DNA of 32,000 nucleotides from Sphingobium sp. Leaf26 (GTDB lineage Bacteria; Pseudomonadota; Alphaproteobacteria; Sphingomonadales; Sphingomonadaceae): NCBI RefSeq assembly GCF_001421665.1, contig NZ_LMKV01000001.1, positions 671,415 to 703,414 of the forward strand, read 5' to 3'. Shown piece by piece: positions 1 to 7,876 of this stretch (position 1 is its first letter; each line of letters starts with the position of its first letter). The notes under the pieces were generated by a model. It saw only the letters and a program-made list of their open reading frames with translations, ran no database searches and was not told where the DNA came from. The position numbers and the translations under genes were made by a program.

Positions 1-225
1 GCTGTTGGTGGCGAATGGTGCTAAGACAATTGTGGCTGCCTTAATGGCCGCCAAAATGGTCGCGACGTCGGGATCGGCTTCGAAAAGATATGTTCGCTCG
101 ATATAGTCGTAGGCGCGAAGAATCGCGGCCTCCTTGACCGCATCCGCAGCAGCGGACCAGTCGGGATTCAGCCGGGCGTTGTGGTAGGTGTCGCATTCTT
201 CGCGGGTCGGTATGTGGTCAGCCAT
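1..225 (-). CDS. Hypothetical phage head-completion (connector/adaptor-like) protein, N-terminal part; gene runs off the window
   Basis: Hand translation from ATG at 225 stays open to the window edge (MADHIPTREECDTYHNARLNPDWSAAADAVKEAAILRAYDYIERTYLFEADPDV...). It follows the capsid terminator. The start context CATAAATATCGGATG is identical to that of the portal gene. The function is guessed from position only. Confidence 0.4.
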   Translation of the reverse strand, partial: MADHIPTREECDTYHNARLNPDWSAAADAVKEAAILRAYDYIERTYLFEADPDVATILAAIKAATIVLAPFATNS

Positions 226-242
226 CCGATATTTATGCGAAG

Positions 243-272
243 TGAAAAGGGGCCGGGATTTTGCCCGACCCC
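243..272 (-). terminator. Rho-independent terminator after the capsid gene
   Basis: Minus strand reads GGGGTCGGG-caaaat-CCCGGCCCC followed by TTTTCAC, starting about 15 nt after the capsid stop at 287. Confidence 0.6.
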
Positions 273-286
273 TCTGGGTTGTCCTA

Positions 287-1237
287 TTACGCTGCGTGGT
301 TGATCGCGCGGATGCCGATGAAGGAATCGTCTGTGGCAACCTTGGCCCAGTTGGCTGCGGTCCCAAGCTGGGTCAGCGACGGCTTGACCGCGCCCACGTA
401 GCTGAAGCCCTGCGGCGCAGCCACGATGCTCAGACGCGTGCGGAGGATTTCACCACCACCACCGTTACCGCCGTTTGGATCACGCGAGAGTTCCATGCCC
501 ACAACGCCGGGAACCAGACCGGCAGAGAAAGCGATAGCGCCTTCGGTAGCCATGACGGTCTTCGTATCGCCGAAGATTTCGGTGATGATGATGTTGTAAC
601 CTTCGAAACGACCGATGTTAAAATTGGCAGCCGAAGGCGGGATGAAATCGTTGCGCTGGAGCTTCTGAAGCTTCGCGAACGTCTTGCGCGAAACAAACAG
701 GGTCTTCTGCGCGCGCGGGTCATCCATGGTCGCGGCAGCGTCAATCAGCTTATCGGGATCGAATGCATCGGCAACGACACCCGTGGTCAGGCTGGTCGCC
801 TTGGCCAGAACGCCCTTCATGGAAGCGACTGCGATATTCTCGCCAACTTCGGACCAATACATCGGGATAGCCGATGCAACACCGCCCTTGGTATCATACT
901 TGGTGATGATGCGGGTCAGGTCAGTGAAGGCCCAACCCCAGTTGATATCTGAACGCAGCGCCATGTAGGTGCCGCCCGTGACTTTGCCGGTCGCGCCCTT
1001 TTCGTCGAAATCATCCGAGGAATGGTTGAACGTGGTCGTATCGACCTTGTTGATGTAGCTGAGGCTCTGAATCTGCGCGCCACCGGTCATCAGAAGGTCG
1101 ACGTCAGGACCAGTGACGGCAACGCCGCTGGAGATGAGAGAGTTGTTTACGCGATACTTGGCGATAACAAGGTTCGACATAGCACCGGGATTGGGAACCG
1201 CGCCGACAAGATCGGCAATACGAGTTTGAGTATTCAT
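287..1237 (-). CDS. Major capsid protein (family not identified by eye)
   Basis: 316-aa ORF immediately downstream of a coiled-coil scaffold-like gene in the order terL-portal-MuF-scaffold-capsid. It has an SD (GGAG) upstream and a strong terminator downstream. Size and Gly/Ala/Thr-rich composition fit a capsid protein. Confidence 0.65.
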   Translation of the reverse strand: MNTQTRIADLVGAVPNPGAMSNLVIAKYRVNNSLISSGVAVTGPDVDLLMTGGAQIQSLSYINKVDTTTFNHSSDDFDEKGATGKVTGGTYMALRSDINWGWAFTDLTRIITKYDTKGGVASAIPMYWSEVGENIAVASMKGVLAKATSLTTGVVADAFDPDKLIDAAATMDDPRAQKTLFVSRKTFAKLQKLQRNDFIPPSAANFNIGRFEGYNIIITEIFGDTKTVMATEGAIAFSAGLVPGVVGMELSRDPNGGNGGGGEILRTRLSIVAAPQGFSYVGAVKPSLTQLGTAANWAKVATDDSFIGIRAINHAA

Positions 1238-1341
1238 CTAAAATAATGCTCCAACATTTGGGGTAAACGGCCCAGAGTTGGAGGGCCGTGGAGCATTGCG
1301 GCTCCACGGTTATTTATTTTGGACGATCAATATCGCGTGTT

Positions 1342-1968
1342 TTACACTCTCAGTTCTGGCATAGACCACTTGTCTGCCAAAGAATTAGTCTCAGCAGGGT
1401 TGGTAACGGTCAATTGCATGAAGCGCTGCCATTCTTCCGCCGTTTCTGGAGGCTTGGTGAAGTTGGAACCGGTGCGCCCTGTTGCGCCCGTCGCGCCACT
1501 GCCGCTGTTGTCCGGGGCTGGCACGTAATGTTTGCCTTCGGCGCTTGTCAGAAAACCCTTGATATATTCGGGAACAGGGACGCCATCGATCTGGGCAACA
1601 CCCGCGACCATCTTCGCTTCGGCCTTCAACATTGCCACCAAAGGCCGATGGAAATGGTCAAACACCTGATTTTCAGTGAGGGCTGCGGCGATACCGCCAT
1701 CAATCTGAAGCTTTTCAAGCTGCTGGTCCCGGTCGGCCAACTGCTCCTGTAGCTTCTTGATCGTGCTGTTAAGTTCCGTTTTCACGGTTTCGACATTACC
1801 GGAATTAAGAGCCGCTTCGGCCTGAGCCTGATCAATGGCATCTTGCGCCGCCTTGGCGGCATTATTCGCGGTATTCTTTTCGCCAATAGCCTTGCGCTTA
1901 TCAGCTTTCAGTTGGTCGGCCTGAGCTTCGAGTTCCTCGATTCTAGCCTGCATTTCTTCTTCAGTCAT
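1342..1968 (-). CDS. Scaffolding protein (putative)
   Basis: 208 aa. The N-terminal two-thirds is Ala/Glu/Gln/Lys-rich and looks coiled-coil (EELEAQADQLKADKRKAIGEKN...). It sits between the MuF and capsid genes. SD is AAGGA. Confidence 0.55.
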   Translation of the reverse strand: MTEEEMQARIEELEAQADQLKADKRKAIGEKNTANNAAKAAQDAIDQAQAEAALNSGNVETVKTELNSTIKKLQEQLADRDQQLEKLQIDGGIAAALTENQVFDHFHRPLVAMLKAEAKMVAGVAQIDGVPVPEYIKGFLTSAEGKHYVPAPDNSGSGATGATGRTGSNFTKPPETAEEWQRFMQLTVTNPAETNSLADKWSMPELRV

Positions 1969-2058
1969 CTAGTCCTTCGTGCGCCATCGCACAGCAAGTT
2001 GGCACCATCGCCGTTGCTGGGCCACCATCGACCCATCAGGACTATTTATACTTTCAGA

Positions 2059-2262
2059 TTATTCGACGGGTTCGATGTCGCCGTCATAGACAGGATCGTT
2101 CACGATATTCGCAAGGGCACCCATGATCATAGGGTATTCGTCAGGAAGATCGTCCAGCGGAATATCAGTCATTAGGTAATGAATTTCGTCAATGTCATCA
2201 GACCGAAGGTCATATCCCTTTGTCTGAATTATCGCGATAATCTGGTCAGTTGCTTTGCTCAT
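2059..2262 (-). CDS. Small acidic protein (candidate immunity/partner of the MuF C-terminal domain)
   Basis: 67 aa with 16 D/E against 3 K/R. Its start overlaps the MuF 3' end by 17 nt. Start context is GACTATTGGATG. Confidence 0.5.
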   Translation of the reverse strand: MSKATDQIIAIIQTKGYDLRSDDIDEIHYLMTDIPLDDLPDEYPMIMGALANIVNDPVYDGDIEPVE

Positions 2263-4381
2263 CCAATAGTCTCTCTATAATTTCCTTCACGTCCTGATCG
2301 ACGATGTCATGTCTACCCATCATGTAGAGGGCGAAATTCTCCGCAAACCACTCCTTCGAATTGGTTTTTGCGTAGCGAGATACCTGCCGCGCCGCATTCT
2401 CCTGATGCACCGTCGAAACACCATAATACTTACGCAGGAAAACCCGTTCAATTTCCACCTCCAACGGAGGCAAGTTGTTCCGGCTGCGCCGCCCCTGCTT
2501 ACCATACATCTGGTGCAGATGGTGGCCCGTTTCGTGGAAGATGACGTCACGTGCGCGATCCATGCCGCTGAAATAGTCTGTGGTAACCTGTGGCTGCGCG
2601 GCAGCATCATCGCCGGGCTTCCATGAAGTGACAGTTTCACTGGCTCCAACCTTCGCCCGCGATATCTCCTTCGACACCTTATTGAACGGCTTGATCAAGG
2701 CATTGTATTCCCGCGCCAGTTCAGTCTGCCGGGCATAAAGGTCAAATGCACGGTCGCGATCACCGGCCTCCTTCGCCTTAAGCATCCGAGCGCGGACGTC
2801 CTCTAGTTCGGTTTTAACGGCCTTCATCTGACTTATAAGGTCGTCGCGCTTCTTGACCGCAGCGCCCCCTCCATCGCCCGCATCACCGATCTTGCTGGCA
2901 AAGCCGTTGAAGTAGTGGGGGTTCATTCCCAGCAGTCCGTCGCCCATGTTGGCCACTGGACCGCCGACTTGTCGCATCCCACGAAGGCGCGGAATATTGA
3001 ACCTGTCGGTAATAGCATCGACTTCCGGCATGATGGCCCGGATCATCGACGCGCTTGCATCGCTGAACCCAGTCGGGAAAGTAGCCTTACCGAAATGCTC
3101 TGGCTTTACAGCGCGGAATTCAGGCACCGGATCATAGCGCGGATCGGCGGCATTCTTTGCCATTTGTGCGGTCAGGTGACGCTGCGCGTCTAACCGTTTC
3201 CCAACCTTGACCGTGGCATCACCTACATCGCGATTGATCGGGCTGAACGTGCGGGGACGCGACGCATCGGGCGCAGATGGCGGTGCGGCATCAGCCTTGG
3301 CTGGCCCCTCCGGGGCCAGGCCTTCGGCCCGGCGCAATTCAGCAAGCGATTTATGGGTGCCGTTATCGCGGAAAAGGTCACGGAATTTGACCTTCCCGTC
3401 GCGGACAAGCTGGGCACGTCCAGCGCCTAGAAGCTCATCCTGCTGATCTTTCGGCCATTTCGGCACCAGCGTTTCAAGCGTCTCATCACCCGACACCCGG
3501 CCATTCATGCTGGCGCGGTATCGCGGCGGCACATTCTGACGATCTTCCAAGCCCAGTTCGTCAAAGGATTTGGTGATCGGTATCAGCAACGACCGGCAGC
3601 GGATATGCGCTGGGGCCGTGGGGTGCGGCTTGTCCAAATCGTAAAGCTGGCCGTCTCGCGACTGGCAGATTGGCGATGTGCGGCTGTCGAGCGTCGATAC
3701 CCATTTCAACTTCTTGATCAGCCGGGAATTGCGCTTGTAGACCTCTTCCCGTGCATTGTTGGCGATCGTCGACGATGCTGTGAGGACCAGCGATTGCGCG
3801 GAATTCCGCGAGATATTGAGGATGCCATCCGTATAGTTGTTGGCCTTTGTCCCCCGCACGCGGGTGATGATCTTGTCGAGGCCTTCCCCTTCCACCAGCC
3901 CCACGCGGATCGCCTGTTCGATCCGCTGGTGGCGACGGGTGGACATGTGATCGGTCCAGCTTTTCAGCAAATGACCATCGATCGGCGACGTCTCGACCAA
4001 CGTGGCAAGATAGTTGGCCGGTGGCAGCGTCAACATGACCGTGGGCCATGTCGCATCTTTCAGGCCGTTGGCGGCCCAATCCACTTCATAACTGGCATAG
4101 TCGACAAGGTCGGCCTTCAGGCCACTGGCGACACGCTTATAGACCGCCTCATTGATCTGGCGCAGTTCGTTCAGCAGCACCTCTAAGCGCTTGGTAGTGA
4201 CTGGGCCAAGATCGCGACCACGTTCTTCGATCAAGGCCAGACGCTTGGCGAGCGTGGCGACGATATCAGCATCGGCGCTGTTCAGCAGCTTTACGATCTT
4301 GGTCGCGAGACCTTTGGAAAAGCGCTCCGACTGGATCGCGTGGCGGATGGCAGCGTCACGCAGGATTTCGTTCGAACTCAT
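2246..4381 (-). CDS. Phage minor head protein, MuF/SPP1 gp7 family, fused to a C-terminal lethal-factor-like HExxH zinc metalloprotease domain
   Basis: The N-terminal half ends with the MuF signature (TSPICQSRDGQLYDLDKPHPTAPAHIRCRSLLIPI), followed by a Pro/Ala-rich linker. The C-terminus has FHETGHHLH, then about 50 aa later SRYAKTNSKEWFAENFALYMMG. This resembles the anthrax LF active-site pair HEFGH ... TNEAEFFAEAFRLM, recalled from memory. Confidence 0.85.
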   Translation of the reverse strand: MSSNEILRDAAIRHAIQSERFSKGLATKIVKLLNSADADIVATLAKRLALIEERGRDLGPVTTKRLEVLLNELRQINEAVYKRVASGLKADLVDYASYEVDWAANGLKDATWPTVMLTLPPANYLATLVETSPIDGHLLKSWTDHMSTRRHQRIEQAIRVGLVEGEGLDKIITRVRGTKANNYTDGILNISRNSAQSLVLTASSTIANNAREEVYKRNSRLIKKLKWVSTLDSRTSPICQSRDGQLYDLDKPHPTAPAHIRCRSLLIPITKSFDELGLEDRQNVPPRYRASMNGRVSGDETLETLVPKWPKDQQDELLGAGRAQLVRDGKVKFRDLFRDNGTHKSLAELRRAEGLAPEGPAKADAAPPSAPDASRPRTFSPINRDVGDATVKVGKRLDAQRHLTAQMAKNAADPRYDPVPEFRAVKPEHFGKATFPTGFSDASASMIRAIMPEVDAITDRFNIPRLRGMRQVGGPVANMGDGLLGMNPHYFNGFASKIGDAGDGGGAAVKKRDDLISQMKAVKTELEDVRARMLKAKEAGDRDRAFDLYARQTELAREYNALIKPFNKVSKEISRAKVGASETVTSWKPGDDAAAQPQVTTDYFSGMDRARDVIFHETGHHLHQMYGKQGRRSRNNLPPLEVEIERVFLRKYYGVSTVHQENAARQVSRYAKTNSKEWFAENFALYMMGRHDIVDQDVKEIIERLLDEQSN

Positions 4382-4408
4382 CCGTTACTTAGGATGAGCC
4401 GCTAAACG

Positions 4409-4516
4409 TCAGTCCTCCGGATCAATGACGATCCTTACCCTTCGAATGAACCGATAGATAAAAATACCGCCGCCGCACGCAGTTACAATATTCGCAGCAA
4501 GAGCAACCCATTCCAT
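4409..4516 (-). CDS. Candidate 35-aa membrane micro-protein
   Basis: Hand-found ORF MEWVALAANIVTACGGGIFIYRFIRRVRIVIDPED with a strong SD (AGGAAGGAGAcggcaATG). It has one hydrophobic helix and lies in the gap between portal and MuF. Confidence 0.3.
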   Translation of the reverse strand: MEWVALAANIVTACGGGIFIYRFIRRVRIVIDPED

Positions 4517-4766
4517 TGCCGTCTCCTTCCTACCGAATCGCGCTTCAAGGAAGACATAGGTCAAAGAAACTGAATTGCCAAATTTACCAACAACACTTTG
4601 AATTATGGTCTTAATATTCTGCCAATTCGAGCGAAATCGTGATCTGAATTTAGCTAGTTTGATATATTAAGATAACTAAGCATCTAACGTTTGAATCTTC
4701 CGAAGGCTTGATCACACTTACCTTAATCGTATAAATTTAACTTACATATCGGGTAGTGCATGAATG

Positions 4767-6167
4767 CTAACTTTCAAGCCCCCCGACGCCATCAAATTGC
4801 GCGGCGTCTATCGGGGGCGCTTCGGCCCGATCGCGATCGATACGGTCACGCTCTTCGTCATAGGTCAGGCCGTCGTTCAGCACCTCACCAAGTTTGAGGG
4901 CTTCGAAGAATGTTTCCGACGACATCTGCCCGGCTTGCACCACCGCCAAAAGGGCAGCGATTTCCTGCGCCGACATCGGCGTCGGCAGGTAATCCGTATT
5001 GAGAGTGTATGTGATCGGCTGCGCGCCCATCAATTCGAGCATGAAATTCACGCTTGCTTCGATCTGCTTGCCGACGTTGGAAGCTGTTGCGGCCATGATC
5101 GAACCTTCGGCAGCCTTGCGGATGGCCAGCGTCTCTGCGGCTTCGGCCGCCGCCTTCTCAGATTGCAATATGCGGGCACCCACTGCCGCCATCTGGTCCG
5201 CCAGATGCTGACAACGGATTTCCAACGCTGCCACGCCTGCCCCACTATGTTCCAGCATCCCGATCTTGGTGTCTGCGCTGGTGAACTGCCAAATCTGATC
5301 CGGGCTTACGACATAGGCGTTTTCAAGGTCTTCAAGACCGGTGATCCAGCGAAGTGGACTGGCGATGTTCCGCAGGACATTGTTCCACTGGGCCTGTGCG
5401 CGATAATGGCTAAGGTTCAACAGGCAGACGTCATCCAGCGCGGCACGGCAAGGAACGGTCGAACCGGGGATGTCGCTGACAATCCGAAAGGGAATCTCTG
5501 TCTGTGGCGCACCAGCTTTCCGGGGCACAAAGCTTTCGACTATGATCCAACCCTGTTCGGTTTCGCGCCAGATGTTGACGGTGTAGATACCTTCCAACAG
5601 CAGCAATTCGCGGACGTCGCCATCATCCTCCAGCAACCGCACGCGCGAAATTTTGCGCCGGTTTGCGATCACGGTCGATGTGACCTCTAGGATATTTTCG
5701 GCCGTATAGATCGCCTGTCGGGGGCGATACCCACCAGCTTCGGCTTCCGCTCTGGAAATGCCCTGAGGCTGAAGCGGACTATCGACGAAGATACCGGTGA
5801 AATTGGTGATCAACGTTTCACTGGTGACGAACTTGGCCAGTTGGTCCAGCGATCGTGCGTCCGATACCGTTTCGAAGACATCAGCGTAATTGTCGCCTCC
5901 GACCATGGTTGGCGGTTTGCGGAAGATTAGACCAAGCGTTGCATCATGCGTGCGGCGCGCAGCCGGGAAGAAATCCACCGATGCCAGATAGCCTTCATAA
6001 TCCGCAGGGCGCTGACTGGGCAGACGGGGGAGATAAAGCACTCCCGCCTGCTTCACCTCATCTTCGCCCGCGATCAGGGCGCGATTGCGTGCCCACCGCT
6101 TTCGGTGCTTGGCAATTTCGGTTGTCGGGTCGTTGATCGCAATTAAGTTAATCGGAGGGACGGTCAT
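4767..6167 (-). CDS. Portal protein (DUF4055-type)
   Basis: About 466 aa, directly downstream of terL (18-nt overlap). The N-terminal region KHRKRWARNRALIAGEDEVKQAGVLYLPRL...YLASVDFFPAARRT matches my memory of DUF4055 portal proteins. I take the start at ATG 6167 (MTVPPINL...) rather than the longest ORF. Confidence 0.75.
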   Translation of the reverse strand: MTVPPINLIAINDPTTEIAKHRKRWARNRALIAGEDEVKQAGVLYLPRLPSQRPADYEGYLASVDFFPAARRTHDATLGLIFRKPPTMVGGDNYADVFETVSDARSLDQLAKFVTSETLITNFTGIFVDSPLQPQGISRAEAEAGGYRPRQAIYTAENILEVTSTVIANRRKISRVRLLEDDGDVRELLLLEGIYTVNIWRETEQGWIIVESFVPRKAGAPQTEIPFRIVSDIPGSTVPCRAALDDVCLLNLSHYRAQAQWNNVLRNIASPLRWITGLEDLENAYVVSPDQIWQFTSADTKIGMLEHSGAGVAALEIRCQHLADQMAAVGARILQSEKAAAEAAETLAIRKAAEGSIMAATASNVGKQIEASVNFMLELMGAQPITYTLNTDYLPTPMSAQEIAALLAVVQAGQMSSETFFEALKLGEVLNDGLTYDEERDRIDRDRAEAPPIDAAQFDGVGGLES

Positions 6168-6183
6168 CCGATATTTATGTTGA

Positions 6184-7515
6184 TCACCAGAAACCCGACG
6201 CCTGCACCGACCTGCCCTTCCGCACCTGCCTTTCAACGATCATCAGTTCGGTCAGGGCATAAACAAGCGCGTCCAGCCGGTCGGGCGACTTGTCCTTCCC
6301 GCGCTTCCATTCGCCTGTGAACTGGCACATCTGCGTTTCGAGCTTTTTGAATTCGCCGACGTGGCTGACCTTCCCCTGTTCATAGAGGGCGCTGACACCA
6401 TCGGCGCGCAGCACCTTGCCGCGCTTGCCATCCACGGTGCCGATCTTGATAGCCGGATGCGCATTGCGGATGGTGCTGTCGACCATCTGACCGCCATAGC
6501 CATGGTCGGCGACAACCATGGCGGCTTTGAACTCTTCATAGGCCTTTGCCACGGCCTTCCCCCATTGCTCCGGGGTGCCTTTCAGAGTGCAGTCGGCCAA
6601 GACATAACCATGCCCGTCCTCATCGACCCCAGCGACCACAAGGCCGGTTTCGTCCGCCTTGACCCCATCCGAACCGGCAGGATCGACGGCCACGACGATG
6701 CGGACAAGGTCAGGCAATTCATCCTGTGTGATCCGGGTGGCATCGGTCCATTCCTGATAGAATAGCGCGCCCTCAACCTCGATCTTCCATTCGCCAGCCT
6801 GATATCTGCGGCGCTTGGCAGCCGACAAACGGTTCTGCCCTTCAAGGTAACCAACGGGCAGGTTTTCCGCATTGTCCTCACCCAACATCTTCAGTTCAAC
6901 GAAGTTTTCCGGGTCAGGGAAGGGATCGCCATCCGCGTTCTGTTTGAGGATGAAGGAACGGTAGGTGAAATGCTGGCTGCTATCGGGGTTGCAGTCGATC
7001 AGCATCTTGTATTTGAGGCGGCCCCGGTCGGGGATTAGGTTGGTCTGGGCAAGGCGGGATTGGAGCGTTTCGAACTGGTCGTCGTCGAATTCCGTCGCCT
7101 CATTCATCCATATGACGTAGAATTCCTGACCCAGAATCTTCTGGATACGATCGCCGTCGTCAAGCCCGAAGAACATCAGCATCGACCCGTTGGGCAGTCG
7201 GATGGTCATGTCATCGGATCGAATATCGCACTGCTGGCGAAGGCCCGGCCATCGCCTATCCATGATGTCGGGGACGGTCAGGCTGAACAGGGTCGATCGG
7301 CAAGAGACGGCTGTTTTGCGGAATATGCCAATGCGCGCGCCGGGGACTTTGAGCGCATCCTGAATGCAGGACCAAGCAATGACGGCTGATTTACCCGATC
7401 GGGAGCCACCGCGCAGAAGAATATTCTGGGCCGGGCCAGCAATGAGGTGCGCGGCTTCGCGCTGACGCGCTGTAAGCTTAAAATCGGGTCTGGATGGTTT
7501 GGTAGTTTTCGCCAT
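6184..7515 (-). CDS. terL: Terminase large subunit
   Basis: 443 aa with Walker A GGSRSGKS near the N-terminus. A C-terminal nuclease-like region has acidic motifs (VVAVDPAGS, VVAGVDEDG). The gene lies upstream of portal. Confidence 0.9.
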   Translation of the reverse strand: MAKTTKPSRPDFKLTARQREAAHLIAGPAQNILLRGGSRSGKSAVIAWSCIQDALKVPGARIGIFRKTAVSCRSTLFSLTVPDIMDRRWPGLRQQCDIRSDDMTIRLPNGSMLMFFGLDDGDRIQKILGQEFYVIWMNEATEFDDDQFETLQSRLAQTNLIPDRGRLKYKMLIDCNPDSSQHFTYRSFILKQNADGDPFPDPENFVELKMLGEDNAENLPVGYLEGQNRLSAAKRRRYQAGEWKIEVEGALFYQEWTDATRITQDELPDLVRIVVAVDPAGSDGVKADETGLVVAGVDEDGHGYVLADCTLKGTPEQWGKAVAKAYEEFKAAMVVADHGYGGQMVDSTIRNAHPAIKIGTVDGKRGKVLRADGVSALYEQGKVSHVGEFKKLETQMCQFTGEWKRGKDKSPDRLDALVYALTELMIVERQVRKGRSVQASGFW

Positions 7516-7538
7516 CCAATACTTACATGGATGGCGTT

Positions 7539-7584
7539 GTGTCCTGACCCGTCAGGTGGGTCGCGTCGCTCCGGGTCAGGACAC
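7539..7584. repeat. 12-bp perfect inverted repeat (gtgtcctgaccc / gggtcaggacac) with a 22-nt spacer, upstream of terL
   Basis: Read directly from the sequence. The spacer contains tcgcgtcgctcc, which recurs at 7699-7710. Confidence 0.6.
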
Positions 7585-7651
7585 AGGGTCTATTACGACC
7601 GCTATTCAGATTCCTCAAATGGGTCTGCTTAAATTTCTCTCTATAGTTTGA

Positions 7652-7876
7652 TTATTGGGACGGCCAGCCGCGATAGCTTGGGTTGACTGCGCATGTGCTC
7701 GCGTCGCTCCAACTGTTTGACGCTTCGCGAGCGCTGCCGGGTATCTTCGGCGCTGCCCGCAATTCCCGCAGTTCGTCCTGCAAATCCGTGTTTTCTTGCC
7801 ACAGGTCATCATTCGACATCGTCAGTTCGACGATTTTGGCCTCTAGGCGGCGGATATAATCCTGATCCTTGATCAT
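7652..7876 (-). CDS. Hypothetical small coiled-coil protein
   Basis: 74 aa. It has an ATGA overlap with the RNA ligase stop and an SD (GGAGGG). The N-terminal 45 aa are heptad-like. Confidence 0.5.
   Translation of the reverse strand: MIKDQDYIRRLEAKIVELTMSNDDLWQENTDLQDELRELRAAPKIPGSAREASNSWSDASTCAVNPSYRGWPSQ

Noticed and set aside
188-952. 254-aa plus-strand ORF, and other ORFs antisense or out of frame to phage late genes: 4764-5690, 3605-4186, 3561-4079, 6361-6765, 9044-9619 and 10115-10450.
   Set aside because: They overlap better-supported minus-strand genes (capsid, portal, MuF, terL and the coupled operon). They lack an RBS and have odd composition.
1286-1320. Hairpin ccgtggagc-attgcg-gctccacgg followed by a T-run, between the scaffold and capsid genes.
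   Set aside because: The T-run is on the plus strand, the wrong orientation to terminate the minus-strand late operon. It is more likely an mRNA-stability or processing hairpin, or a block to antisense transcription, so I did not call it a terminator.
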